From Candidatus Dojkabacteria bacterium HGW-Dojkabacteria-1 (lineage in GTDB: Bacteria > Patescibacteriota > Dojkabacteria > SC72), in contig PHAO01000001.1 in the NCBI GenBank assembly GCA_002840365.1, positions 15,594 through 79,593 of the forward strand: DNA of 64,000 bases, written 5' to 3'. Numbering within the stretch: the stretch's first letter is position 1; each line of letters opens with the position of its first letter. Positions 8,805-16,840 of this stretch are shown piece by piece. The translations under genes were made by a program, and so were the position numbers. The notes under the pieces are model-generated. The model saw nothing but the letters and a program-made list of their open reading frames with translations. It had not been told where the DNA came from and did no database searches.

Positions 8805-10628
8805 TTACTTCTTATGAATATTTATATGTACGAACCCACTCTGAGGTATTCTTAAGTGGCCTGGTGCACGTAGGTTAAATATTGTTTTAAAGTCATTCCC
8901 ACTCATGGTTATAACTCCAGCATTAGTTGTAAATACAACGGAAGTAGAGCTACCATTACTACTGGATACTATAGCAGAGGATACGGAAGTTACTGGTTTT
9001 GCTGCTAAAGATCTTAATTCTGCATGAGTATATGGGTTACCTGTTGAGTGACATGCATCAAATATTGGCACTATCCTACTATCATTTCTATTCTTTGCCA
9101 CCCATACTTGATACGCATTAATTAAATCTGACATTTCTGCCTGGGAAAGCCATGGATTTCTACCACACGTTGAACTTGTCTCGCTATATGTTTGCCTGTA
9201 CCACGCTTTGTAGAACCAAGATACATTAGAGAGTCTGTCCCATGCCCTACTCATCCAATCACCATTTCCAGTGCCATCTGTAGTATCCCAACCTATTTGA
9301 TTACCCCAACCTCCATGAACGGCTGCATACTGCGCAGAGAATACTGCACCTGCAGCATCGGTAAGAACAATACCTCTAGTTGCTTCAACAGCTGTTTTCC
9401 ATGCCCCAGTTTTAGGCGAAGGACCAGCTACCTGACAACTTTCTGTTGTACATATTGCTTTACGACCATTCTGTGTATAGTTAATAGCATATGTTCTTGC
9501 AGCTATTGCCTGGGCTTTTAATACCTCCATAGGCCATGACTCAGGAACTTCTTGAATTCTCAAAAGATAATCATCTTCAAAATTGAGGGTACCATATGTT
9601 GTAGTTGGTATATTGACCATAATATTTTCGATAGCACCACTTACAACAACAGTGCCTGTTCTAAAGACCCTTCCTGGATAGTATGCACCAAGAATTTGCT
9701 GATAGTTTTGTCCTGCATTTGCCCTAGCTCTTGCCCCCCACTGACTCATTCCATTCCTGTGTGTGTAAGCACCAATTGAGAAAACCCCAAAGGAACCAAC
9801 GGGTGCGTTTGCGTTAAATCCCGCTAATGTTGAGTTGTAATCTCCACTAATAGGGACAGAATCAGGATTTACATGTGTACCTCCCTGCCTTACGATTATT
9901 AATTGATATTGTAAATCTGATAGTTCAGCAGAGAGACCATTAATCGTTTTTACGACATTTTTCTTATTAGCCAATTCACTATTCAATTCTTTCTGAAGCT
10001 TGTTTCTCTCAGCTAAAACCAATGCATATGAATCATCTAAATCTTTCTTCTGCTCATCAAGTTCTTTCTTCTCAAGCTCTAGACCTTCTTTCATTTCACT
10101 AAGCGATGTAAACTCCCCATTTATCTTCTCAATATCAGCTCTTAATATTGATATTGCACTCTTTTTAACAAAAAGATTCTGTAAAAGATTGTCTAAATTA
10201 CTAAAGGAAAATATTAGCTGTGCACTATCATGCCTTGATTGCATATATAACTCTGTAGAAACCATATCAAAAAGTTCCTTTTTAACATTTAGTAACTCCT
10301 GTTTTTCATCTATTAGTTTTAATTTCTCTTCAATAGCTACATTTTTAACATCAATCTCTTGTTGTAATTTGGTTATTTCAGCATTCAAAAGATTAACCTT
10401 TTCACTTAGAGTGTAATTACTCCCACTTATCTCAGCTATTCTTTTCTCGATATTAGAAAGAGAAGATTTGTTTTTGTTCAATTCTTCTGTCTTCTTGTTT
10501 ATCTCATTCTCTAACTCCTCTATCGTATTCGAATATACAGGAGAAGACCAAGAAAGCACGAACAGTGCTACAAAAGATGAAAGGAGGGAAAGTATTAAAA
10601 ATTGTTGAGCAGATCTATACCTGGACAT
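8805..10628 (-). CDS. Secreted SpoIID/LytB-domain protein (putative peptidoglycan lytic transglycosylase) with an N-terminal coiled coil.
   Basis: A signal peptide MSRYRSAQQFLILSLLSSFVALFVLSWSSPVYS is followed by about 200 aa of heptad-rich coiled coil. The C-terminus carries ...LKAQAIAARTYAINYTQNGRKAICTTESCQVAG...AVHGGW, matching the SpoIID/LytB amidase-enhancer domain. The start was trimmed to the ATG at 10628. Confidence 0.65.
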   Translation of the reverse strand: MSRYRSAQQFLILSLLSSFVALFVLSWSSPVYSNTIEELENEINKKTEELNKNKSSLSNIEKRIAEISGSNYTLSEKVNLLNAEITKLQQEIDVKNVAIEEKLKLIDEKQELLNVKKELFDMVSTELYMQSRHDSAQLIFSFSNLDNLLQNLFVKKSAISILRADIEKINGEFTSLSEMKEGLELEKKELDEQKKDLDDSYALVLAERNKLQKELNSELANKKNVVKTINGLSAELSDLQYQLIIVRQGGTHVNPDSVPISGDYNSTLAGFNANAPVGSFGVFSIGAYTHRNGMSQWGARARANAGQNYQQILGAYYPGRVFRTGTVVVSGAIENIMVNIPTTTYGTLNFEDDYLLRIQEVPESWPMEVLKAQAIAARTYAINYTQNGRKAICTTESCQVAGPSPKTGAWKTAVEATRGIVLTDAAGAVFSAQYAAVHGGWGNQIGWDTTDGTGNGDWMSRAWDRLSNVSWFYKAWYRQTYSETSSTCGRNPWLSQAEMSDLINAYQVWVAKNRNDSRIVPIFDACHSTGNPYTHAELRSLAAKPVTSVSSAIVSSSNGSSTSVVFTTNAGVITMSGNDFKTIFNLRAPGHLRIPQSGFVHINIHKK

Positions 10629-10664
10629 TAAAGAAATTATACCATGAACACACAAAAGGCAAAG

Positions 10665-10982
10665 TTAGGCTCCGACAAACTCAAGAATTGCTACAAGTAT
10701 TGCTCTAATTAGAAAAAGAAATACCAACCCTATTACTGCCCATGTTAGAGTTCCTTGTGCTTGCTGTTTCTTTGCAGGATCTCCACCGGAGATAATCCAC
10801 ATGTATCCACCATAGATTAGCATTGCGACTGCAATTAGAGCACCAATAGGCATAATTAAATCAAAAAGATTTTCAATAGGTCCAAATATCTCCTCTATTC
10901 TTGGAGGAGCAGCATTTGAATATTGAGCATGTACAGGAGAGACAAAAAGCTTACTAATTCCTAATACTATACTTTCTATCAC
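10665..10982 (-). CDS. VirB2/TrbC-like (T4SS-type) pilin-family small membrane protein, paralog 5.
   Basis: A signal-like N-terminus (…VSPVHAQ) is followed by two transmembrane helices separated by the conserved loop YGGYMWIISGGDPAKK. It shares the core motif A.A..IY.G(Y/F).(Y/F)I.(S/A).GD(P/E).K…A(V/I)(V/I)G(L/F) with its four neighbours. Confidence 0.5.
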   Translation of the reverse strand: MIESIVLGISKLFVSPVHAQYSNAAPPRIEEIFGPIENLFDLIMPIGALIAVAMLIYGGYMWIISGGDPAKKQQAQGTLTWAVIGLVFLFLIRAILVAILEFVGA

Positions 10983-10984
10983 AG

Positions 10985-11260
10985 TTATATTCCCAAAAAA
11001 TTATCTAATATGAATTGTATAACAGATGGTGCTAAAAATACCAGTATCATTCCTAAGAGAGAAAATATCAATGACCTGTTTGCTGCAGCAATCTTTTTTT
11101 CATCACCCATAGACACTATATACTGAAAACCAGCTACAACAATCATAATGACAGCAAAAAGAGCTGCAAAATTAATTGCCCAGTTAAGAAGCTCAACAAT
11201 GAAGCCTGCTAAATCTGTATGTGTTACTGTCTCAATTTTAGTTATATCTATCACTTCCAT
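10985..11260 (-). CDS. VirB2/TrbC-like pilin-family small membrane protein, paralog 4.
   Basis: It is 91 aa with two transmembrane helices and the loop AGFQYIVSMGDEKK, matching the same paralog motif. Confidence 0.5.
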   Translation of the reverse strand: MEVIDITKIETVTHTDLAGFIVELLNWAINFAALFAVIMIVVAGFQYIVSMGDEKKIAAANRSLIFSLLGMILVFLAPSVIQFILDNFLGI

Positions 11261-11267
11261 AGTTAAT

Positions 11268-11298
11268 AAAAAAAGAAGGCCCCAAAAGGGGCCTTTTT
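11268..11298. terminator. Intrinsic bidirectional terminator hairpin between pilin paralogs.
   Basis: AAAAAAAG, then GGCCCC-AAAA-GGGGCC, then TTTTT: a perfect 6-bp GC stem flanked by an A-tract and a T-tract. It lies directly 3' of the 119-aa pilin gene on the minus strand. Confidence 0.6.
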
Positions 11299-11311
11299 CA
11301 AATTCTAAGAA

Positions 11312-11671
11312 TTACTTCAAAATGTTTGTTAATACAAACTGAACAAGCATTACTGCAATAAAACATACAACTAGACCTACAATTGCGAATGTCAATGTTT
11401 TTGTTGCTTTCTCTACTTTTCCTTCATCTCCACTAGCTGAAATGTACATGTATCCAGAGTAGATTAACATACCTACTGCTGCTAATGCTGCCAAACCGAT
11501 TGCCCAGTTAAGCATTGTGATAATCCATGAGTCGAGTGTAGACCCTACCCCATCTATACCACCCAACCAATCAGAGGCTCTCTTTTGTGCAAAAGCTTCT
11601 GTTAAAAGGCCTGAGAATGCAACATATGTTGCAACAACACCACTTGATATCTTTGCTAAAGTATTCTTCAT
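11312..11671 (-). CDS. VirB2/TrbC-like pilin-family protein, paralog 3. This is the candidate major subunit.
   Basis: It has a clear Sec signal peptide (MKNTLAKISSGVVATYVAFSGLLTEAFA|Q), then two transmembrane helices with the loop YSGYMYISASGDEGK. It has its own upstream AT-rich region (11672-11738) and a strong terminator immediately downstream. Confidence 0.55.
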   Translation of the reverse strand: MKNTLAKISSGVVATYVAFSGLLTEAFAQKRASDWLGGIDGVGSTLDSWIITMLNWAIGLAALAAVGMLIYSGYMYISASGDEGKVEKATKTLTFAIVGLVVCFIAVMLVQFVLTNILK

Positions 11672-11738
11672 TTTGTATTTATATAATATTATATTTAGCT
11701 ACCAGATTATATTATAGCTAGAGCACAAATTGCAACAC

Positions 11739-12080
11739 CTAGCTTAGAATATTATCCAAAAGAAATAGTACGATCGTTCTTGCTAAAAAAACTATTACCA
11801 AGCCAACGACTGCTGCTGTTAGTGCACCACTACCCTTTTGTATCTTCTCTGGATCACCACTTGCTGTGATAAACAAAAAGCCAGCATAAACAATCATAGC
11901 AACCGCAACTAGCGCAGATAAACCTACCAATGCATTTAAACCAAAAATTACAATATCCATAAATCCCTCGAAAGTTGTAAATCCATCTTTAACGACTGGA
12001 GCATTGAAGGTATATCCACCAATAGTAATTCCTAAAGGTATTACGTTTTTCTTTCTATCTTCCACCGATATTAATACCAA
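11739..12080 (-). CDS. VirB2/TrbC-like pilin-family protein, paralog 2.
   Basis: It has two transmembrane helices with the loop YAGFLFITASGDPEK. It overlaps the upstream paralog by 26 nt, so the true start may lie downstream. Confidence 0.45.
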   Translation of the reverse strand: MVLISVEDRKKNVIPLGITIGGYTFNAPVVKDGFTTFEGFMDIVIFGLNALVGLSALVAVAMIVYAGFLFITASGDPEKIQKGSGALTAAVVGLVIVFLARTIVLFLLDNILS

Positions 12081-12387
12081 ACAAATTACTTATTAAAAGC
12101 AATATAGCTACAGACATAAGAATAAATAGAAAACCTATTATTGCATTTGTGATAACCTCTTTTCCCTGCTTAAGCTTATCCGGGTCTCCCTGGCTTGTCA
12201 TAAGCTGATACGCTGCAAAAGCAAGTAATGCAAATACAGAAAATACTGCCAATGGGATAGCTAAAGATATTACTGAATCCATAAAACTACCGACATCAGA
12301 TGATTCTGAAAGGTTATTTACTTCTTTTAATGCATCACTAAGTGAGTTCGCGTATATTTTTGTACTGTTAATCATAAACACTCGCAT
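12055..12387 (-). CDS. VirB2/TrbC-like pilin-family protein, paralog 1.
   Basis: It has two transmembrane helices with the loop YQLMTSQGDPDK and the same downstream A(I/V)IG(F/L) block. Confidence 0.45.
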   Translation of the reverse strand: MRVFMINSTKIYANSLSDALKEVNNLSESSDVGSFMDSVISLAIPLAVFSVFALLAFAAYQLMTSQGDPDKLKQGKEVITNAIIGFLFILMSVAILLLISNLFGINIGGR

Positions 12388-12419
12388 TATACTAAAAAAA
12401 TGATATATAGAAAACTAGG

Positions 12420-15400
12420 TTATAAAATAGCATCTTTACATATGTGCCTGTAATCACAATATTTACATTTAAACATATCTGGAGTAGCTTCAAAATCCTT
12501 TTCTTTAATACTATTAATTACTTCATATACATTTTCTGAGGCTCTTTCCTTTCTTTTTTCAGAAATATCTACCTCAATTTCACTACCATGCTCTACGAAT
12601 ACATACTTAGCGCTTACTACTTTTACTCCAAGACTTTGTTCTGCAAATATTGCATACAGAGGTAGTTGCAAATCCTTCTTTATATCAGTTTTACTCTTTT
12701 CTTTACCTGTTTTGTAATCAATTATCTCAACATGGGCAACCCCATTAACAGTATCTACCAAATCCATCCTATCTATCTTTCCTACAAATGAACTGTCCTT
12801 GAGATTAACTGTAAATGATTCCTCTAATCTGTATGGTACCTGTTTCTTTTTATAAACTTTCTTGTAAAACTCCTTCATCATTTTTTCTCCACTCTCTTTT
12901 CTTTTTTCTTCGTGACTCTTACTTTCATAACCAAAAGATACCCAATGCTTGTTAAACAGGGTTACCAAATCTTCCTCAGTTGGCAAATCTGACAATCCAA
13001 GACCTTCCTTTGCAATCCTAATCATATTGTAAAAATCTCTTAAAGCATTATGTACCGTTGTACCGAAAGATAAAGAAGCACTAGGTTTAGAAGGGAGTTG
13101 TAATACATACGCATACTCATACTTTTTTGGACACTCCTGGTATATATTTATCTGAGAGTAACTAACTCTTTTACCTACAGATAATTTCATATCCCTAGGT
13201 AGAATACTATCTTCTTTTGCTTCATACATACTTCCAACTTTATCATTTTTTTGAACCTTTGGATTATTAAATTCTTCAGAAATATCTCTATCAAGTAATT
13301 CATAAAGGAAGAGGCTACCCTTTTTCTTCCTTTTAGCACCTCCATAGAAGTTCGCAGCTGTTAAGAATAGCTTCTCTTTTGCACGAGTAGAACCGACATA
13401 GAAAAGTCTTCTTTCCTCTTGTAGATGTTCTTCTTTTTCATCTAATCCGGATAGTGATTCTTGTATAAGGCCATCTGGTATTGGAATAGTATCTCTCCTA
13501 GTTTGTGATGGGAACCTATCTGAAACAAGGTTAACAAGGAATACGCAAGGAAATTCTAATCCCTTTGCACTGTGAACAGTCAATATATTAACAGCATCAT
13601 AATCAGACATTTCCATTTGATCTACAAGCGGTGACTCCCCTATCTCTATACTGTAATTAAGATAGTCTACATATTCATATATGTTTGAATCTGCATTGTT
13701 TTTTTCATATTCTTGTAGATAATTAAAGAATTTCGAAATATTGGTAACTTTAAATTGTGTTTGTTGCGAATCCTCCTCTAAAAGACTATCTATATATCCA
13801 CTCTCTTTTGCGAAGTCATATAAAATTTCTCCCGTACTTTTACCCTCTTTTATTTTCTTAAAGCTATCATTTAATATCGTCAAAAGGAGAGATAAGCCTG
13901 CCCTTGCATTTTCAGAAAGTATTTTATTAAGGATATTACTTGAATTTATATCAATAGATTCAGAATCAACCTCTCCTAATCTAATCTCTAGCAAATTTTC
14001 TACTTCCTCTAATACACAAACCCTATTCTCTCTAGCTAACCTATTTATCTCTATAAACTCTCTTGCAGAGATATTCCATATTGGGAGTGTAAGCAGTTTG
14101 TAAACAGAGATTTCATCCTTGTAGTCTACAAGAACTTTTAAAAAAGCAATTAAGAATTTAATCTCATCTCTTGAGTATAATCCTCTTGAACCACCAACTT
14201 TATATGGTATACCAACATATCTAAGATTTTTGATTATTGTATCTGCATGAGCATTAGCTCTTACTAAAATTGCAATATCTGAAAATTTATATTTTCTATC
14301 AGGTATTAACTCTACAAAGCTAGCCTGCCCTTCCTTGTCAAATTTCTGAACCCTATCTGAAACATTTCCCTCACCATACCCTGTTAGTTCTAAGATTTCC
14401 TTTGCTACCCACTCTGCCTCACTATCCTCATCTTGTGCTACAACCAAAGATACAACATCATCATCTTCTTCAAATGCGATTTTAGATATTAATCTCTTCT
14501 CTATCTTTTCGGTTACTTCTAATCTATATGGATTGTTGTGTGATATTAAAGAATATGAAGCATCTAATATCTCTTGACGAGAACGATAGTTTTCGGTTAA
14601 TACAACCTCTTTAGCCTTAGGATATAGCTGTTTAAATTGTAGAATATTTGAAATAGCTGCTCCTCTGAATTTGTATATTGCTTGATCATCATCCCCTACT
14701 ACAGTTAAATTAGGATTTATCTTTCCTATCTTTTCTGTATCATTTTTAGGGTCTAACCCACAAAGTATATTAACAAGTACATTTTGTGTATGATTTGTAT
14801 CTTGGAATTCATCAACTAGTATGTATTTAAATCTTTCCTTATACTTCTTAAGAACATTTGGTTTCTCTCTAAAAAGACGTATGGTAAGAATTATTAAATC
14901 TCCGAAATCTATCTTAGAATTCTCTATCTTTAATTTTGTATATTCATCGTATACAGTAGCTAATTCTAAAATGTCAGCATATTCCTCTTTTTGTTCCTTT
15001 GTTCTTTTAGGAAGTTTCTTTGCAAAAGAAATATAGTCTGTGGGAGAGACATCTTCATCTTGTAATCTAGAGAAGTGTTTAAGGATATCATCAATGAATT
15101 TTGTAGGGTTACCATGAGGTCTAAATTTGTTGAGTGAGAATTTAAAAAGATTCTTTCTAAAGAATATATAGCTTTGAGCAGAAGACATCATAGAGTAGTT
15201 TGTATCTAACCCTATATATTGTCCCTCCTGTCTTAATATTCGATCACAAAAAGAATGAAAAGTTGATATCCATATATCTCCATAGCTTAAAGGAAGATTC
15301 TCATCTACTCTGCTGAGCATTTCTTCCGCTGCTTTGTCTGTGAAAGTTAGGGCAAGTATTTCGTTTGGTTTTGCCCACTTGCTATTTATTATATGCAATA

Positions 15401-15512
15401 TTCTTTGTGTAATTACTGCAGTTTTTCCAGTTCCCGCACCAGCAATTATTAAAAGTGAACCTCTCTTGTGTTGTACTGCAATTTTTTGTTTCTCATTCAG
15501 ATTTATATTCAT
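12420..15512 (-). CDS. ATP-dependent helicase/nuclease: a UvrD/PcrA-type superfamily 1 helicase fused to a C-terminal RecB-like PD-(D/E)xK nuclease with a Cys cluster (AddA-like).
   Basis: An N-terminal UvrD Walker A (LIIAGAGTGKTAVITQRI) is followed by the helicase motifs. The C-terminus carries ...IIDYKTGKEK... and CKYCDYRHICK, matching the Cas4/AddB-type Fe-S nuclease signature. Confidence 0.75.
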   Translation of the reverse strand: MNINLNEKQKIAVQHKRGSLLIIAGAGTGKTAVITQRILHIINSKWAKPNEILALTFTDKAAEEMLSRVDENLPLSYGDIWISTFHSFCDRILRQEGQYIGLDTNYSMMSSAQSYIFFRKNLFKFSLNKFRPHGNPTKFIDDILKHFSRLQDEDVSPTDYISFAKKLPKRTKEQKEEYADILELATVYDEYTKLKIENSKIDFGDLIILTIRLFREKPNVLKKYKERFKYILVDEFQDTNHTQNVLVNILCGLDPKNDTEKIGKINPNLTVVGDDDQAIYKFRGAAISNILQFKQLYPKAKEVVLTENYRSRQEILDASYSLISHNNPYRLEVTEKIEKRLISKIAFEEDDDVVSLVVAQDEDSEAEWVAKEILELTGYGEGNVSDRVQKFDKEGQASFVELIPDRKYKFSDIAILVRANAHADTIIKNLRYVGIPYKVGGSRGLYSRDEIKFLIAFLKVLVDYKDEISVYKLLTLPIWNISAREFIEINRLARENRVCVLEEVENLLEIRLGEVDSESIDINSSNILNKILSENARAGLSLLLTILNDSFKKIKEGKSTGEILYDFAKESGYIDSLLEEDSQQTQFKVTNISKFFNYLQEYEKNNADSNIYEYVDYLNYSIEIGESPLVDQMEMSDYDAVNILTVHSAKGLEFPCVFLVNLVSDRFPSQTRRDTIPIPDGLIQESLSGLDEKEEHLQEERRLFYVGSTRAKEKLFLTAANFYGGAKRKKKGSLFLYELLDRDISEEFNNPKVQKNDKVGSMYEAKEDSILPRDMKLSVGKRVSYSQINIYQECPKKYEYAYVLQLPSKPSASLSFGTTVHNALRDFYNMIRIAKEGLGLSDLPTEEDLVTLFNKHWVSFGYESKSHEEKRKESGEKMMKEFYKKVYKKKQVPYRLEESFTVNLKDSSFVGKIDRMDLVDTVNGVAHVEIIDYKTGKEKSKTDIKKDLQLPLYAIFAEQSLGVKVVSAKYVFVEHGSEIEVDISEKRKERASENVYEVINSIKEKDFEATPDMFKCKYCDYRHICKDAIL

Positions 15513-16381
15513 TGCTTAGCAAGTTCTTTTAATTTTTCTATTTCCTCACTCATTGTTGATGCACTCTTTAAAGCTGGTGTTTCAAGTATGAATGGGATAT
15601 TAGTAAACTCTTTTCTGTGGAGAATTTTTCGAATAGTATCACTACCTAATTTCCCATCTCCCAAATTTGCATGCCTGTCTTTGTTAGAACCATGAAGCAT
15701 CATAGAGTCGTTTAGATGAATAGCCTTTACCCTCTCAAAAGTTAGTGTCTCACCTATTTCCTCTACAATACTATCCATATCATTGTTCCAATCATATCCT
15801 GCAGCATATGTATGCTGAGTATCTAATACAAACCCAACTCTCTCTCTCCCTTTGGAACCATCTCTCATTTGAAAAAGCTCTGTAAAACTTCTACCCATAT
15901 TTCCACCAGTTCCTGCTGTAGATTCGATAAGTAACCACTGTTTTCCTCCCACTTCATCTAATACCCAATCAATACCGTAAGAGATTCTTTCCAGGCTGTC
16001 TTCATAATTGAGCTCCTTTTGAGAACCTGGGTGAAAACAAACTCCCAATATTTCTACATCCAAACCTTCCTTCTCTATTAATTCCCCCACTCTATTTGCA
16101 AAATCTAAGTATACTGCTAATCCCATTTTTCCTAGATGAAATAGCTGCTTATCTTTTCTAGCAAGATTTGTAAGATATATTCCATGTATTAAAATCTTTT
16201 TTACGATACTACCTTTCAGTGTTTTCACAAACATATTAATATCTTCCTCGGATATCTTCTTGGTTACCCATCTCATAGGGGCAGTAGGCATCATTTGAAT
16301 ACTGTTTATCTGATACTTATCACCCTCTTTTATTGCATTTTCAATTCCCCCACTTGAGGATACGTGTGCTCCTAGATACAT
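15509..16381 (-). CDS. nfo: Endonuclease IV (AP endonuclease family 2).
   Basis: The N-terminus MYLGAHVSSSGGIENAIKEGDKYQINSIQMMPTAP and the downstream H/D/E metal-ligand pattern (HGIYLTNL…HLNDS) fit Nfo. The ATGA at its stop overlaps the start of the helicase gene. Confidence 0.8.
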   Translation of the reverse strand: MYLGAHVSSSGGIENAIKEGDKYQINSIQMMPTAPMRWVTKKISEEDINMFVKTLKGSIVKKILIHGIYLTNLARKDKQLFHLGKMGLAVYLDFANRVGELIEKEGLDVEILGVCFHPGSQKELNYEDSLERISYGIDWVLDEVGGKQWLLIESTAGTGGNMGRSFTELFQMRDGSKGRERVGFVLDTQHTYAAGYDWNNDMDSIVEEIGETLTFERVKAIHLNDSMMLHGSNKDRHANLGDGKLGSDTIRKILHRKEFTNIPFILETPALKSASTMSEEIEKLKELAKQ

Positions 16382-16424
16382 AGTATATTGTACCCAAAAA
16401 GTTAGTATATATACATATACTTTG

Positions 16425-16433
16425 TGATATAAT
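16425..16433 (+). promoter_or_regulatory. Extended -10 promoter element for the tRNA-Ser gene.
   Basis: TGaTATAAT at 16425-16433 lies about 13 nt upstream of the tRNA 5' end. Confidence 0.45.
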
Positions 16434-16446
16434 CTTGCTGTTATAT

Positions 16447-16538
<92 letters not shown>

Positions 16539-16548
16539 GAATGGTATA

Positions 16549-16803
16549 ATGTCTGTTATGAACAAGAAGCCCCAATTACCCCACAAAATTACTAAAGACA
16601 TTTCTTTCGCTTTATCTTTAAATCCCAAAACTAAAGACCTTTGGGATAGTATCACTCCCCTAGCTCGTAATGAATTCATTTGTTGGATTACATCCGCGAA
16701 AAAAGACGAAACTAGAAAAAAGAGAATTAGAAGATTGTGTGAAGAATTGTTAGAAGGAAAAAGAAGACCATGCTGTTGGCCAGGCTGTCCTCATAGGAAG
16801 TAA
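16549..16803 (+). CDS. YdeI/OmpD-associated (OmdA) family small protein with a Cys-rich C-terminal tail.
   Basis: ...ARNEFICWITSAKKDETRKKRIRRLCEELLEGKRR matches the OmdA domain consensus (..efi.Wi.sAKk.eTR.kRi....L..Gk). It is followed by PCCWPGCPHRK. Confidence 0.45.
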   Translation: MSVMNKKPQLPHKITKDISFALSLNPKTKDLWDSITPLARNEFICWITSAKKDETRKKRIRRLCEELLEGKRRPCCWPGCPHRK

Positions 16804-16840
16804 TATCCGCAGATATCTAACCTTTTGGCTTACTAGAGAT

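Noticed and set aside
1703-15036. Numerous 60-140-aa antisense ORFs from the ORF track lying inside the recombinase, ATPase, SpoIID-like and helicase genes (for example 1703..1915, 3846..4070, 4377..4718, 5985..6335, 9192..9521, 10000..10416, 13741..14103).
   Set aside because: Each is embedded antisense in a longer conserved gene. Their composition is low-complexity Ser/Phe/Leu-rich, typical of the AT-rich antisense strand, and none has a ribosome-binding site.
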